A stretch of 64,000 nt of DNA. Origin: an uncultured Gemmatimonadales bacterium. GTDB lineage: Bacteria; Gemmatimonadota; Gemmatimonadetes; Longimicrobiales; RSA9. A program made the translations under genes and the position numbers. Where the stretch lies: NCBI GenBank assembly GCA_963741945.1, contig CAVUKA010000001.1, positions 832,001 to 896,000 of the forward strand, in the 5' to 3' direction. The notes beneath the pieces were generated by a model. It ran no database searches. It was not told the DNA's origin and saw only the letters and a program-made list of their open reading frames with translations. The first letter of the stretch is position 1, and each line of letters begins with the position of its first letter. This document shows, piece after piece, positions 1-9,594 of this stretch.

Positions 1-1
1 G

Positions 2-136
2 CTCGGCTCGCCCGGGCCGCCCATCCTCCAGGGCGTGGTCCGCGACGCCCTGAACGGCTGGCTCGCCCGGCGCGTCGACGACTGGGCCGTGGACGTGGGC
101 AGCGGCGCGTATCTCGTGCGCGTGAAAGGCCGCTGA
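2..136 (+). CDS. 3' end of a CDS entering from the left edge (possibly Smr-like domain C-terminus)
   Basis: Frame 2 reads LGSPGPPILQGVVRDALNGWLARRVDDWAVDVGSGAYLVRVKGR* with GC3-rich codons; family assignment is tentative. Confidence 0.45.
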   Translation, partial: LGSPGPPILQGVVRDALNGWLARRVDDWAVDVGSGAYLVRVKGR

Positions 137-154
137 CGACCGGGGTTGGCCGGG

Positions 155-391
155 CGTCGCCCTCGTCGCCCTCGTCGCCCTCGTCGCCCTCGTCGCCCTC
201 GTCGCCCTCGTCGCCCTCGTCGCCCTCGTCGCCCTCGTCGCCCTCGTCGCCCTCGTCGCCCTCGTCGCCCTCGTCGCCCTCGTCGCCCTCGTCGCCCTCG
301 TCGCCCTCGTCGCCCTCGTCGCCCTCGTCGCCCTCGTCGCCCTCGTCGCCCTCGTCGCCCTCGTCGCCCTCGTCGCCCTCGTCGCCCTCGT
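155..391. repeat. Perfect 9-bp tandem repeat (CGTCGCCCT) x26.3
   Basis: Directly visible; units begin at 155+9n; lies between a stop codon (136) and the next gene. Confidence 0.97.
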
Positions 392-628
392 GCTGGGCGA
401 CTCCGTCTCGAACGGCCATGGCCATGCCCCGGAGTCGACCGCACCGTGACGGGGTGCGCGGGAGATCACCCACACGTCGGGCGCGGGATCACGCATGGTT
501 GAGGAATCGTCATATCCGCCGAGAAGTGCGCATGCGTGGCGGACACGTGGACGGGCGGTGAATCATCCGTGGTATCCACCAAAAAACGCCGCGGCGTCCC
601 GGCGGGCGTGACTCGGGGGAAATAATCG

Positions 629-1681
629 ATGGCCCTCAGCGTTCCGAGGCAGCAGCGCCTCGATGCGGACGGTGTGATCCGCGGGATCGCGTCCCGGCAG
701 CACGGCGTGGTGGCACGCCGGCAGCTGATGGACGCCGGTGTCTCCGGGCACAGGATCGACCAGCGCCTGCGCACGGGGCGGCTGGTCCGTCTTCACACTG
801 GCGTTTACGGCGTTGCGCCGGTCCTGGCCCCCTGGCACACGGAGATGGCCGCTGTCCTTCGCTGCGGCCCCGGAGCAGCGCTGAGCCACCAGACGGCGGG
901 GCAGCTCTGGGATTTCCTCCTGCAGGAGGCTGGATCGCGGGAAGCCGAACCGACGGTCGTCAGCACGACCACAGACGTGCGAATCCGCGCCAATAGGCGA
1001 GGCTCTGGTGCGCGCGCCGGCGCCCCTGCCGCCATGGGCCGGAGTGCTCCGCGGCCGGGCGAGGGGAGCGGAGCCGGGATCCGGATCCACAGGGTCCGTC
1101 GCCTCGAAGTCGATGAAGTCACGAAACGTGAGGGGCTACCGGTGACGACGCCGGCTCGCACGCTCTTCGACCTCGCGTCGTGCCTTACGGCGCACGATCT
1201 CGAGCGGGCCCTCTCCCGCGCGGACCGGCGCGGTCTGCTCGAGCAGCGAGACCTCGAGAAGCTGCTCACCCGGTATCCGAGACGCGCCGGCAACCAGCTC
1301 ATCCGGGCGCTCCTGCGCGGTGCCGAGGAGCTGCGGCTGACGCGGTCCGAGGCGGAAGCGCTCCTTCTCGATCTGGTCCGAGAGGCCAGTCTCCCTCGGC
1401 CCTCGACGAACGTGCGGGTCAATGGCTACGAGGTCGATTTCGCCTGGAGGGCGTACCGGCTGGTGGTGGAGGTGGACGGCTTCGAGTTCCACGGCCGGGC
1501 GCCCGCGTTCGAGAGGGATCGGCAGCGCGACGGGGTGCTCATCGCGGCCGGCTGGCGCGTCATGCGGGTGACGTGGAAGCAGCTCACCCGTCGCCCCGAG
1601 CAGGTGCTGGCGCGCCTGGTGCTGGCGCTCGCCTGCGGGCCCGGGGGTGTGGACGGCGTCATTGGGAAAGGTCCGCGCTGA
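629..1681 (+). CDS. AbiEi-like N-terminal domain + DUF559 (Vsr-like endonuclease) protein
   Basis: N-term RQHGVVARRQL...GRLVRLHTGVY; middle ALSHQTAGQLW and GLPVTTPARTLFDLA; C-term EVDF...LVVEVDGFEFH...FERDRQRD...GWRVMRVTW. Confidence 0.8.
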   Translation: MALSVPRQQRLDADGVIRGIASRQHGVVARRQLMDAGVSGHRIDQRLRTGRLVRLHTGVYGVAPVLAPWHTEMAAVLRCGPGAALSHQTAGQLWDFLLQEAGSREAEPTVVSTTTDVRIRANRRGSGARAGAPAAMGRSAPRPGEGSGAGIRIHRVRRLEVDEVTKREGLPVTTPARTLFDLASCLTAHDLERALSRADRRGLLEQRDLEKLLTRYPRRAGNQLIRALLRGAEELRLTRSEAEALLLDLVREASLPRPSTNVRVNGYEVDFAWRAYRLVVEVDGFEFHGRAPAFERDRQRDGVLIAAGWRVMRVTWKQLTRRPEQVLARLVLALACGPGGVDGVIGKGPR

Positions 1682-1793
1682 CCGCCCCGACCAGAGCCGC
1701 TCAGCGGCCGGTCCGCCTCCCGGCCGCCGACGCATCTGACGCCGGCTCGGCTTCGACATGTGGCTGCCTCTGCGCTGCGTCGGGTCGGCGGGT

Positions 1794-1839
1794 CGCCGGA
1801 CGATCGTCGCGGGGGGGGCACCCCTACGATCGTCCGGCG
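1794..1839. terminator. 14-bp perfect inverted repeat between convergent genes (putative bidirectional terminator)
   Basis: CGCCGGACGATCGT (1794-1807) / ACGATCGTCCGGCG (1826-1839); no clear U-tract. Confidence 0.45.
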
Positions 1840-1889
1840 CGCGCCGCGGGTCAACCGCCGCCGGCCGCCAGCTCCGCCACCCGCCGGGG

Positions 1890-3596
1890 TCAACCGCCTC
1901 CCGCCGCCACCGCCGCCGCCCGCTCCAGCGCGGCGCGGGCGTCCACCACGCCGCCGCTGACGGAGAGCTGTCCAAACGGGAGCCGCTGGCCCGGTGAGCC
2001 GGGGACGGCCACGATCGCCTCCCTGTACGGCCGGGCGGAGTCCAGGATCACCTGGCGGACCTGCGCGGCCGTGAGCTCCGGATAGTACGCCATGATCAGC
2101 GCGGCCACGCCCGTGACCACCGGCGCGGCGAAGCTGGTGCCGTCGCCCGTCTGGTAGTCGTTGCCGGGCGCGGTGGTGGTGATCGCCACGCCGGGCGCGA
2201 ACACGTCGACCTGCTTCTGGCCGTAGTTGCTGAACGGCGCCGCGAGCGCTTCCCCGCCCTGCCAGTCCGAGGCGCCGACCTCGATCCAGTTCGACGCCTC
2301 TCCGCCATTGGCGTAGTCGCGATTCGGATAGTTCCCCGCCACCGCAAGGTCCTGTCCGTCGTTCCCGGCCGCATGGACCAGGAGCACGCCCTTCGACTCC
2401 GCGTACTTCACCGCCGCGTCCACCGCCGACTTCCCGGGCGAATAGCCTTTGCCGAAGCTCATGTTGATGATGTCCGCGCCATTGTCCACGGCGTAGCGTA
2501 TGGCGTTCGCCACGTCCTTGTCCCGCTCGTCGCCATCGGGCACCGTTCGCACCACCATGATACGGGCGCTCGGCGCCACGCCGTCCTGGCCGATGCCGTT
2601 GCCGCGCACTGCCGCGATGATGCCGGCCACGCCCGTGCCGTGGCCCGGGTCGGGGCCGACCACGTCGGCGTTGCCGTACTCACGCTGCGTGAGGTCGGCA
2701 TAGTCGTCGCCCACGATGGGGCGCGGATCGAAATCCGGGTTGAGCGAGCGCTCCAGCGCGGTCTCGAGCCGCGCCTGCTCGTCGGCGATCATGGCGGGCG
2801 TGATCCCGGCGGAGGCCAGCTGCAGGTAGATCATCTGGGCCTGCCGCACGTCCGAGCGCATCGGCACCACGCTCCGGACCGCATCGACGGTCAGGCTGTC
2901 GCGCCCGAGCTGGCTCCGCAGAGTGCCGACAGCCCGATCCACCGCCGCTGCCATCTGCTGCACCTGCATCAGCTGCTGCTCGGTGTCGCTGCGCTGCGCC
3001 GTGAACGCCGAGTCGATGCGGGCACACGGGACGCTCCCGGCCACTACCGCTCCGGCGCCGGAAGGCTGCGCCTGGCACGTGGCGTACAGCCGCGTCACCT
3101 CGTAGGTGTCGTCGTCCACGTCCCGGCCGTCCGCGCCGCCGATGAAGTTCCACCCGCGGACGTCGTCCACGTACCCGTTCCCGTCATCGTCCACGCCGTT
3201 CCCCGCCACTTCGCCCGGGTTCGCCCACAGGTTCGCGTGCAGGTCCACGTGCGCGGTGTCCACACCGGAATCGATGACGCCGACGACCACGGTCCGCTTC
3301 GGCGCCCTGCCGGCCAGCGCCCTATACGCCGCTTCCACGCCCGCCCCGGGCGATGCGGCGTCCGCATCGGCAAGCCACCAGTGGGCGGGAGCGGTCGCCA
3401 ACGCCGGGGCATCCGCGCTCGGCGGCGCCGGGGCGGCGGCCGGGGCTTCCGCGGCGGCCGCCGCCGTCTCCGCCGGTGCTCCGGGCGCGGTGGCCGCACG
3501 GGGTCCGGCCTCCGGCACGGGCGCGGCGGGGGGCGAGGAGGGGGTGCAGCCGGCGAGGGCCACAGCGATCAGGAGAGGCAGTTGGAAGCGCTTCAT
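1890..3596 (-). CDS. S8 subtilisin-family serine peptidase, lipoprotein
   Basis: Lipobox LAGC; catalytic motifs VIDSGVD, HGTGVAG, GTSFAAP. Confidence 0.93.
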   Translation of the reverse strand: MKRFQLPLLIAVALAGCTPSSPPAAPVPEAGPRAATAPGAPAETAAAAAEAPAAAPAPPSADAPALATAPAHWWLADADAASPGAGVEAAYRALAGRAPKRTVVVGVIDSGVDTAHVDLHANLWANPGEVAGNGVDDDGNGYVDDVRGWNFIGGADGRDVDDDTYEVTRLYATCQAQPSGAGAVVAGSVPCARIDSAFTAQRSDTEQQLMQVQQMAAAVDRAVGTLRSQLGRDSLTVDAVRSVVPMRSDVRQAQMIYLQLASAGITPAMIADEQARLETALERSLNPDFDPRPIVGDDYADLTQREYGNADVVGPDPGHGTGVAGIIAAVRGNGIGQDGVAPSARIMVVRTVPDGDERDKDVANAIRYAVDNGADIINMSFGKGYSPGKSAVDAAVKYAESKGVLLVHAAGNDGQDLAVAGNYPNRDYANGGEASNWIEVGASDWQGGEALAAPFSNYGQKQVDVFAPGVAITTTAPGNDYQTGDGTSFAAPVVTGVAALIMAYYPELTAAQVRQVILDSARPYREAIVAVPGSPGQRLPFGQLSVSGGVVDARAALERAAAVAAGGG

Positions 3597-3723
3597 GCGT
3601 CGGATCGTGAAAAAGGACGTGCGGGGCCCCGGTGGCAGCCCGCTCCGGGCCGGATACCCGCGAGCGCACCATTGTTGCCATCGGGTGCCATCGGGCGGCC
3701 TCCGCCGGATCCTGGCCCCCGCC

Positions 3724-5439
3724 TCACTCCTCGGGCGGGATGAATGCGGCCGCGTCGTCGGCCCCCGGCGCGCGGTAGTTCACGCCCAGCGCATCCAGCC
3801 GTTTCAGCTGCGCCCGCAGCCGGGTCGAGAAACCGCGCCAGTCGCGAGACGACGCCGGGGACCATACCACTTCGGAGAGCGCCAGCATCCGGGGCACGGC
3901 CATGTACTCCGCATGGGCGGGCGTGGTGATGTACTCCGTCCAGAGATTCCCCTGCGCGCCCAGCACGTGCCGCGCGGCGTCCGCGCCCAGTGTCGGCGGC
4001 ACCGGCTCGAAGGCGTACACTTTTCGCAGTGGCGTGAATCCGCCGATCGCCAGCGGCTCGGTGACGGGGTCGCCCTGGTAATAATCGAAGTAGAGGTGGC
4101 TGGTGGGCGTCATGATGACGTCGTGACCGGCCAGTGCCGCCTCGATCCCGCCCCGCATGCCCCGCCACGACATGACCGTGGCTTCCGGGGCCAGCCCGCC
4201 CTCCAGGATCTCGTCCCACCCGATGAGCTTGCGCCCGTGCGCGCCCAGGAAGCCCTCGATGCGGCGGATGAACCAGCTCTGCAGCTCCGTCTCGTCCGCC
4301 AGCCCCTCGCGCCGGATCACCGCCTGGGCCGTGTCGCTGCCCTCCCACGCGGTTTTCGGTGCCTCGTCGCCCCCGATGTGGATGTACTCGCCCGGGAACA
4401 GGTCCATGACCTCCAGCAGCACGTTCTCCAGGAAGGTGAACGTGGCTTCCTTCGGGCAGTAGATGTCCTCGAAGACGCCCCATTGCGTGGCTACCGCGTA
4501 CGGCCCGGGCCCGCAGCCCAGCTCCGGGTACGCCGCCAGCGCAGCCAGCGCGTGTCCGGGCATCTCGATCTCGGGGATGATCGTGATGTAGCGCGCCGCC
4601 GCGTACGCGACGATGTCCCGGACCTGCGCCCGCGTGTAGTAGCCGCCGTAGCGCGTTCCGTCTCCCACGAACGGGTCCGCGTCCCGGCCCACCTGCGTCT
4701 CGGCCCGCCACGCCCCCACCCGGGTGAGCCGCGGGTACTTCTCGATCTCGACACGCCACCCCTGGTCGTCGGTGAGATGCCAGTGGAACGTGTTGAACTT
4801 GTAGAGCGCCAGCAGGTCGATGTACCGCTTGATGAATGGCACCGGGAAGAGGTGCCGCGCTACGTCCAGGTGCATGCCGCGGTAGGGAAAGCGCGGGGCG
4901 TCCTCGATCACTCCGGCCGGGATCGTCCACGCCCCGGGGTCCCGCTCCACGACCCGCTCCGCCGACACCGGCAGCAGCTGCCGCAGCGTCTGCGTGCCAT
5001 GGAACAGCCCGGCGGGCGTGGGGGCCGTCAGTGCGACACCGGACGCGCCGACCTCGAGCCGGTACGCCTCCGGCGACGGCCACTCCGCACCCGGCTCCAG
5101 CGTCAGCGAGATGGCATCCGCCGCGTCGCCATCCGCGGCACTGGCGGCGACCACCACCGGGAGCGGAAGACCGGTCGCCGCACGGACCGGCGCGCTGAAC
5201 AGCTCGGCGATCTGCCGCAGCGCTGCGTCCCCGCCGGCCATCAGGACGATGCGCGTGCCCGCGTCCAGCCGGAACACGCCATCCAGGGGAAGCACGCTCC
5301 GGGGCAGCGGCACCACGGGGTAGCGCGCCTGCAGCGGCGCCGGCTCCACGCGCGCAGGCGGCGGGGCGTGGTGGGCGCAGGCCGCAGCCAGGGGGAGGAG
5401 CGCGAGCGGATACAGGCGGCTCCGAAGCGGGCGCTGCAC
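3724..5439 (-). CDS. Beta-N-acetylhexosaminidase (GH20), probable lipoprotein
   Basis: RFPYRGMHLDVARH, FHWHLTDDQGWR, PEIEMPGH, HIGGDEA, GAQGNLWTEY; start placed at GTG 5439 (LAAAC lipobox), uncertain. Confidence 0.92.
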   Translation of the reverse strand: MQRPLRSRLYPLALLPLAAACAHHAPPPARVEPAPLQARYPVVPLPRSVLPLDGVFRLDAGTRIVLMAGGDAALRQIAELFSAPVRAATGLPLPVVVAASAADGDAADAISLTLEPGAEWPSPEAYRLEVGASGVALTAPTPAGLFHGTQTLRQLLPVSAERVVERDPGAWTIPAGVIEDAPRFPYRGMHLDVARHLFPVPFIKRYIDLLALYKFNTFHWHLTDDQGWRVEIEKYPRLTRVGAWRAETQVGRDADPFVGDGTRYGGYYTRAQVRDIVAYAAARYITIIPEIEMPGHALAALAAYPELGCGPGPYAVATQWGVFEDIYCPKEATFTFLENVLLEVMDLFPGEYIHIGGDEAPKTAWEGSDTAQAVIRREGLADETELQSWFIRRIEGFLGAHGRKLIGWDEILEGGLAPEATVMSWRGMRGGIEAALAGHDVIMTPTSHLYFDYYQGDPVTEPLAIGGFTPLRKVYAFEPVPPTLGADAARHVLGAQGNLWTEYITTPAHAEYMAVPRMLALSEVVWSPASSRDWRGFSTRLRAQLKRLDALGVNYRAPGADDAAAFIPPEE

Positions 5440-5441
5440 GG

Positions 5442-6068
5442 CTATCCCTGCTCCACCACCGCGTTCTCCTCGCCCGGCGCGAAGTAGAACGTCTTCTGCT
5501 TCTCTTCCGGGAAACGCACGAACTTCATGATGTTGCGCTGGTCCTTGAACCGATCGAAGAGCAGGGTGTTGCGCACGTGCAGCTCCCCCACTTCCCGCGG
5601 AGCACGATACTCCACGATCACCCACCACACCGGCTCCCGGTCCAGCTCGTCCTCACCGCTCTGTAGCAGTCGCGGCTCCAGCACCACGGCCGGTGCCGCC
5701 GCGCTGGCCCCGGGAACCCGGACCTCCAGGTGCGCCCGCACATAACGGAGCACCATCGCGTCGGCTTCGGGCCCCGCTTCCAGGGTCATGGCATCGGCGT
5801 TCACGAGCGGCCCGAGCGCCTTCTCCAGGTCGTTCTTGAACATGCGGATCCGCCCCGCCACCACGTCGCCCTCGATCGCCATGTCGGCGTAGGCGATGTG
5901 GAGGTCGTGGGCCGCCGCGATGGGCGCCGCGGCCGCTTCGTGGCGGGAACCGTTCACGGGCTCGGCCGGCGCCGGAACGGACCGGCCTGCCGCGGCAAGC
6001 AGCGGAGTCCCGAGCACGAGCACGACCCACGCCCCGAAGCGGCCGCCCCGGTCAGCGCGTCTCCGCAT
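5442..6068 (-). CDS. Secreted protein, DUF6702-like
   Basis: Signal-like N-term, HDLHIAY, RNTLLFDRFKDQRN; context next to M1 peptidase and HupE/UreJ. Confidence 0.6.
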   Translation of the reverse strand: MRRRADRGGRFGAWVVLVLGTPLLAAAGRSVPAPAEPVNGSRHEAAAAPIAAAHDLHIAYADMAIEGDVVAGRIRMFKNDLEKALGPLVNADAMTLEAGPEADAMVLRYVRAHLEVRVPGASAAAPAVVLEPRLLQSGEDELDREPVWWVIVEYRAPREVGELHVRNTLLFDRFKDQRNIMKFVRFPEEKQKTFYFAPGEENAVVEQG

Positions 6069-8178
6069 GCCCCTCCACGCTCTTCGCCACCCACGTGTTG
6101 TTGTCCCGGTCGATGTCCGCGAACGCCTCGTCGGGATCGAGCGTGACGCTCACCAGGTCCTTGTCGCTGAAGAAGCCCCGGGTGAACTCCAGCTCGTTGC
6201 CGCGCCACACGTCCACGGGGAGGTCGAAGCGGTCGCTGGTGCCGTCCGTGTACGTGGCCTCGATCTGGAGCGGCATGACCAGGCCGCCCTTGTTCTCCAC
6301 CGTCACGCGGTAGTAGTGCGCGGACGTGGCATCGTCGCCCAGCAGCTCCTTCGCGTCCTGCGCCGTGACGCTCTTGATGGCCTGGTCGTTCGCGTGCGTG
6401 GTGTAGAACCAGCCGCGCCAGAACCACGCCATGTTCTCCCCCGCGCCCTCGTCCATGGAGCGGAAGAAGTCCGCCGGCTGCGGGTGCTTGAACTCCCACG
6501 CCTTGGCGTAGCCGCTGAACGCCTGGTCGAACGCCTGGTTGCCCAGGATGGTCTCGCGCAGCATGTGCAGCCCCGTGGCCGGCTTCGAGTAGCCGTTGTT
6601 GCCGAAGTCCTTCGCGATGAGGTCGGACTCGGTCATGATCGGCTCCTGGTCCGGGTCCCTCATGTAGGCGACGATCCCCGGCGCCGGGCCGCGCTGGCTC
6701 GGGAACGTGCAGCTCTCGTTCTGCGTCCACTCCTTCCCGCAGTACGTCTTCGCGTAGTCCTGCTCGCCGTAGTACTGGAGGAACGTGTTCAGCCCCTCGT
6801 CCATCCACGTCCACTTCCGCTCGTCGCTCGCCACGATCATCGGGAACCAGTTGTGCCCCACCTCGTGCACGGTCACGCCGATGAGCGCCTGCTCGGTACG
6901 ATCCGAGTACGTGCCATCGGGCTGCGGCCGCGCGCCGCAGAACGCGATCATCGGGTACTCCATCCCGCCCGCGGGCCCGTTGGCGTTCACGGCCTTCGGG
7001 TACGGGAACTCGAACGCCATGCGGCCGTACGTCTTCAGCGTCTGGAGCGTGGCCCGCGTGCTGACCTTGTCCCACAGCGGCATGGCGTCCCGCGGGTACA
7101 GGGAATGGACCCGGATGAGGCGGTCGGCGTCATCCGCGTAGCGGAAGCCGGCCGCGTCCCACACGTACGTCTTCGAGCTGACCCAGGCGAAGTCACGGAC
7201 GTTCTGGGCCCTGAAGTGCCAGGTCAGCATCCCCTTCTGCACGGGCCGGCTGGATGGGTCGTCCACATCGTCGGCAGTGCGGATGAAGACGGGCGTCTCG
7301 CTCGTGTACGCGCGCTCCAGCCGCTGCCGCTGCGTGGCCGTCAGCACGTCTTCCGGGTTCTGAAGCAGCCCGGTGGCGTCGACCATGTGGTTCCACGGCA
7401 CCGTGATCTCGACGTCGTAGTCGCCGAAATTGAGGTAGAACTCGCCGCGACCGAGGAACTGCTCGGTCTGCCAGCCGTTCACATCGTCGTAGACGGACAT
7501 GCGCGGGAACCACTGCGACATCTCGTAGATCCACCCGTCGCTCACCAGCTCCTTCCCGCCCCGGCCCCGGTCCGGGACGGCGTAGCTCCAGTCGATCTCC
7601 AGCTGGACCTGGCCGCCCGGCTCCACCGCCGCGGGGAGGTCGACACGCATGATCGTGTTGTTGATCCGGTGCGGCGCGTCCACCAGCCGGCCGTCGGACC
7701 TCACCACCTGCACCCGCTCGATCCGGTCCCCGCCGTCGAACGGCTCCATCCCCACGAAGCGACGGAACGCCGCGCTCACCTTCTCCGGCAGCGCCCCCTG
7801 CATCTGGTACGTCCGGCTGTGCTCGATCGAGCGCACGTTCTGGTCGAGCTGGAGCCAGAGAAACGGAAGCGCGTCCGGCGAGTTGTTGTGGTACGTGATC
7901 CGCTCCGTGCCGGTGAGGGCCTGACGGACCGTGTCCAGCGTCGCCTTGATGACGTAGTCGGCCTTCTGCTGCCAGTACGCGTGGCCGGGCGCACCCGCGG
8001 CGTTCCGGTACTCGTTCGGGTCCGGCCACTGCTCCACGGGCCGGAACATGGACTGGTTCGTTTTGCTCCCGTCGTCATGGAGCCAGTGCTGGGCGTGGGC
8101 CCGGGCGGGCGACGCCAGGACCAGGGCGACGAGCAGGACGGCGGCGCGGCCGAGGGCGCGCGTCAACAATGAAGGCAT
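6052..8178 (-). CDS. M1 family metallopeptidase, secreted
   Basis: GGMEYP, HEVGHNWF...MDEG zinc-binding motifs; signal peptide from ATG 8178. Confidence 0.92.
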   Translation of the reverse strand: MPSLLTRALGRAAVLLVALVLASPARAHAQHWLHDDGSKTNQSMFRPVEQWPDPNEYRNAAGAPGHAYWQQKADYVIKATLDTVRQALTGTERITYHNNSPDALPFLWLQLDQNVRSIEHSRTYQMQGALPEKVSAAFRRFVGMEPFDGGDRIERVQVVRSDGRLVDAPHRINNTIMRVDLPAAVEPGGQVQLEIDWSYAVPDRGRGGKELVSDGWIYEMSQWFPRMSVYDDVNGWQTEQFLGRGEFYLNFGDYDVEITVPWNHMVDATGLLQNPEDVLTATQRQRLERAYTSETPVFIRTADDVDDPSSRPVQKGMLTWHFRAQNVRDFAWVSSKTYVWDAAGFRYADDADRLIRVHSLYPRDAMPLWDKVSTRATLQTLKTYGRMAFEFPYPKAVNANGPAGGMEYPMIAFCGARPQPDGTYSDRTEQALIGVTVHEVGHNWFPMIVASDERKWTWMDEGLNTFLQYYGEQDYAKTYCGKEWTQNESCTFPSQRGPAPGIVAYMRDPDQEPIMTESDLIAKDFGNNGYSKPATGLHMLRETILGNQAFDQAFSGYAKAWEFKHPQPADFFRSMDEGAGENMAWFWRGWFYTTHANDQAIKSVTAQDAKELLGDDATSAHYYRVTVENKGGLVMPLQIEATYTDGTSDRFDLPVDVWRGNELEFTRGFFSDKDLVSVTLDPDEAFADIDRDNNTWVAKSVEGHAETR

Positions 8179-8323
8179 GGGCTCTGTTTCTTCCGATGAA
8201 AGTGCGATGGGGCTGTGGCCAACGGGTGCGGTATACCTGTGGTACAAGACGGCTTCCGGCAAGGTTTCGTTGCACCGGGCCGGGGGCGCCGGGGCAGGGA
8301 CAGGCGGCCCGGTGCGCGCACGG

Positions 8324-9004
8324 CTATCCCGGCAGCCGTTGCACCACCAGCATGAGCGCCACCGCACCCGCTCCCCCCGAGAGCAGCAGCGTCCAGCCGC
8401 GGCGCGGGAGCCGGAGCGCGCCGGTCGCCAGGCCGGCGGCCGCCATGATCGTCACCACGATGGCAATCTGACCCAGCTCCAGTCCCACGTTGAACGACAG
8501 CAGCGGGAGGGCGATGGACGCCTCCGCGCCCAACGCGGCGCGCAGGAAGTTGGAGAACCCCAGCCCGTGGATGAGGCCGAAGCAGAGGGCGAGGCCGTAC
8601 TTGGCGACGCGGGCGTTGGGCGGCTCCAGCGTGCTGCCGGCGGGGCGGCCGCCGCCTGCGCCGCGGCGCTCGACCGCAACGGCGAAATCGCTCGTCCGCC
8701 TGTGCGGCGGGTGCCGGGCCGTCCAGCCCAGCTCGGCGGCGTTGAGGATTGCCGTCGCCAGGATGGTCAGCGCGATCAGGAGCTCCACCAGCTGGGACGG
8801 GACGCGGACCAGGTCCAGCGTCGCCAGCACCAGCGTCACGGTGTGGCCCACCGTGAACGCGGTGACCAGCACGAGCACCCGCAGCCATTCCCGGGGGGCG
8901 TAGATGGCAGTCAGCGCAACCAGGAAGAGGATGTGGTCGTAGCCCCGGGGGTCGAGGATGTGCTCGAGCCCGAGGCGCAGGTAGACCAGGATCTCCGACA
9001 ACAT
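8324..9004 (-). CDS. HupE/UreJ family membrane protein
   Basis: GLEHILD..GYDHILF, TAFTVGHTVTL, FGLIHGLGF, FNVGLELGQ. Confidence 0.88.
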   Translation of the reverse strand: MLSEILVYLRLGLEHILDPRGYDHILFLVALTAIYAPREWLRVLVLVTAFTVGHTVTLVLATLDLVRVPSQLVELLIALTILATAILNAAELGWTARHPPHRRTSDFAVAVERRGAGGGRPAGSTLEPPNARVAKYGLALCFGLIHGLGFSNFLRAALGAEASIALPLLSFNVGLELGQIAIVVTIMAAAGLATGALRLPRRGWTLLLSGGAGAVALMLVVQRLPG

Positions 9005-9069
9005 GGGCGGCCAAGCTACGGCACGCGGCCCCGACCCGCCACGCCCCGGGTCACGGCGGGCGGTGGGCC

Positions 9070-9528
9070 TCAGCCCCCGGCCACCACCATGCTGTCCTCG
9101 ATGGCGCGCGCCAGCCGACCCGGCTGGTCGGTGCCCAGGAGGAAGGACTTGCCATTCTTCATGCGGACGTGCACAGCGTCCAGGCCGCTGACGTTGTAGA
9201 GCCAGCCCCGCCGCGTCCAGTGGATCCCCCAGCCGCTGAGCAGGGAGGTGCGCGTGGGCTCGACCGCCTCGATCTCCGACACCGGTACCGAACGGCCGAA
9301 CACGCCAGGGCCGAACTGCCAGCCGAGCACGCCCGACTGAACCGTTATGGTCAGCGATCGGAAGACCACGGCGGCGCCGCCCAGCAGCACGACCCCCGGC
9401 AGCGCGGCCCACCGAACGGCTTTGTCGGCATCCTCCATCGGCGCGAGGAAGAGGGCGAGGAGCATGCCTCCGAGGCCGGTCAGGATCGCGGCCACGAGGT
9501 AGTTCCCGGTCTGCGTGTGTCGGTACAT
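9070..9528 (-). CDS. Small membrane protein with bacterial PH-like domain
   Basis: Two N-terminal TM segments; GWGIH...WLYNVSG...GTDQP. Confidence 0.65.
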   Translation of the reverse strand: MYRHTQTGNYLVAAILTGLGGMLLALFLAPMEDADKAVRWAALPGVVLLGGAAVVFRSLTITVQSGVLGWQFGPGVFGRSVPVSEIEAVEPTRTSLLSGWGIHWTRRGWLYNVSGLDAVHVRMKNGKSFLLGTDQPGRLARAIEDSMVVAGG

Positions 9529-9594
9529 GTCGCGAATCTCAGGAGTCCAGGTGCCGTTCCGACAGGCCCGTCGACCGCACGTCCCGCGCCGGCA

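Noticed and set aside
146-502. (Arg-Arg-Pro)n ORF
   Set aside because: Just the translation of the 9-bp tandem repeat; TTG start without RBS and no coding signal.
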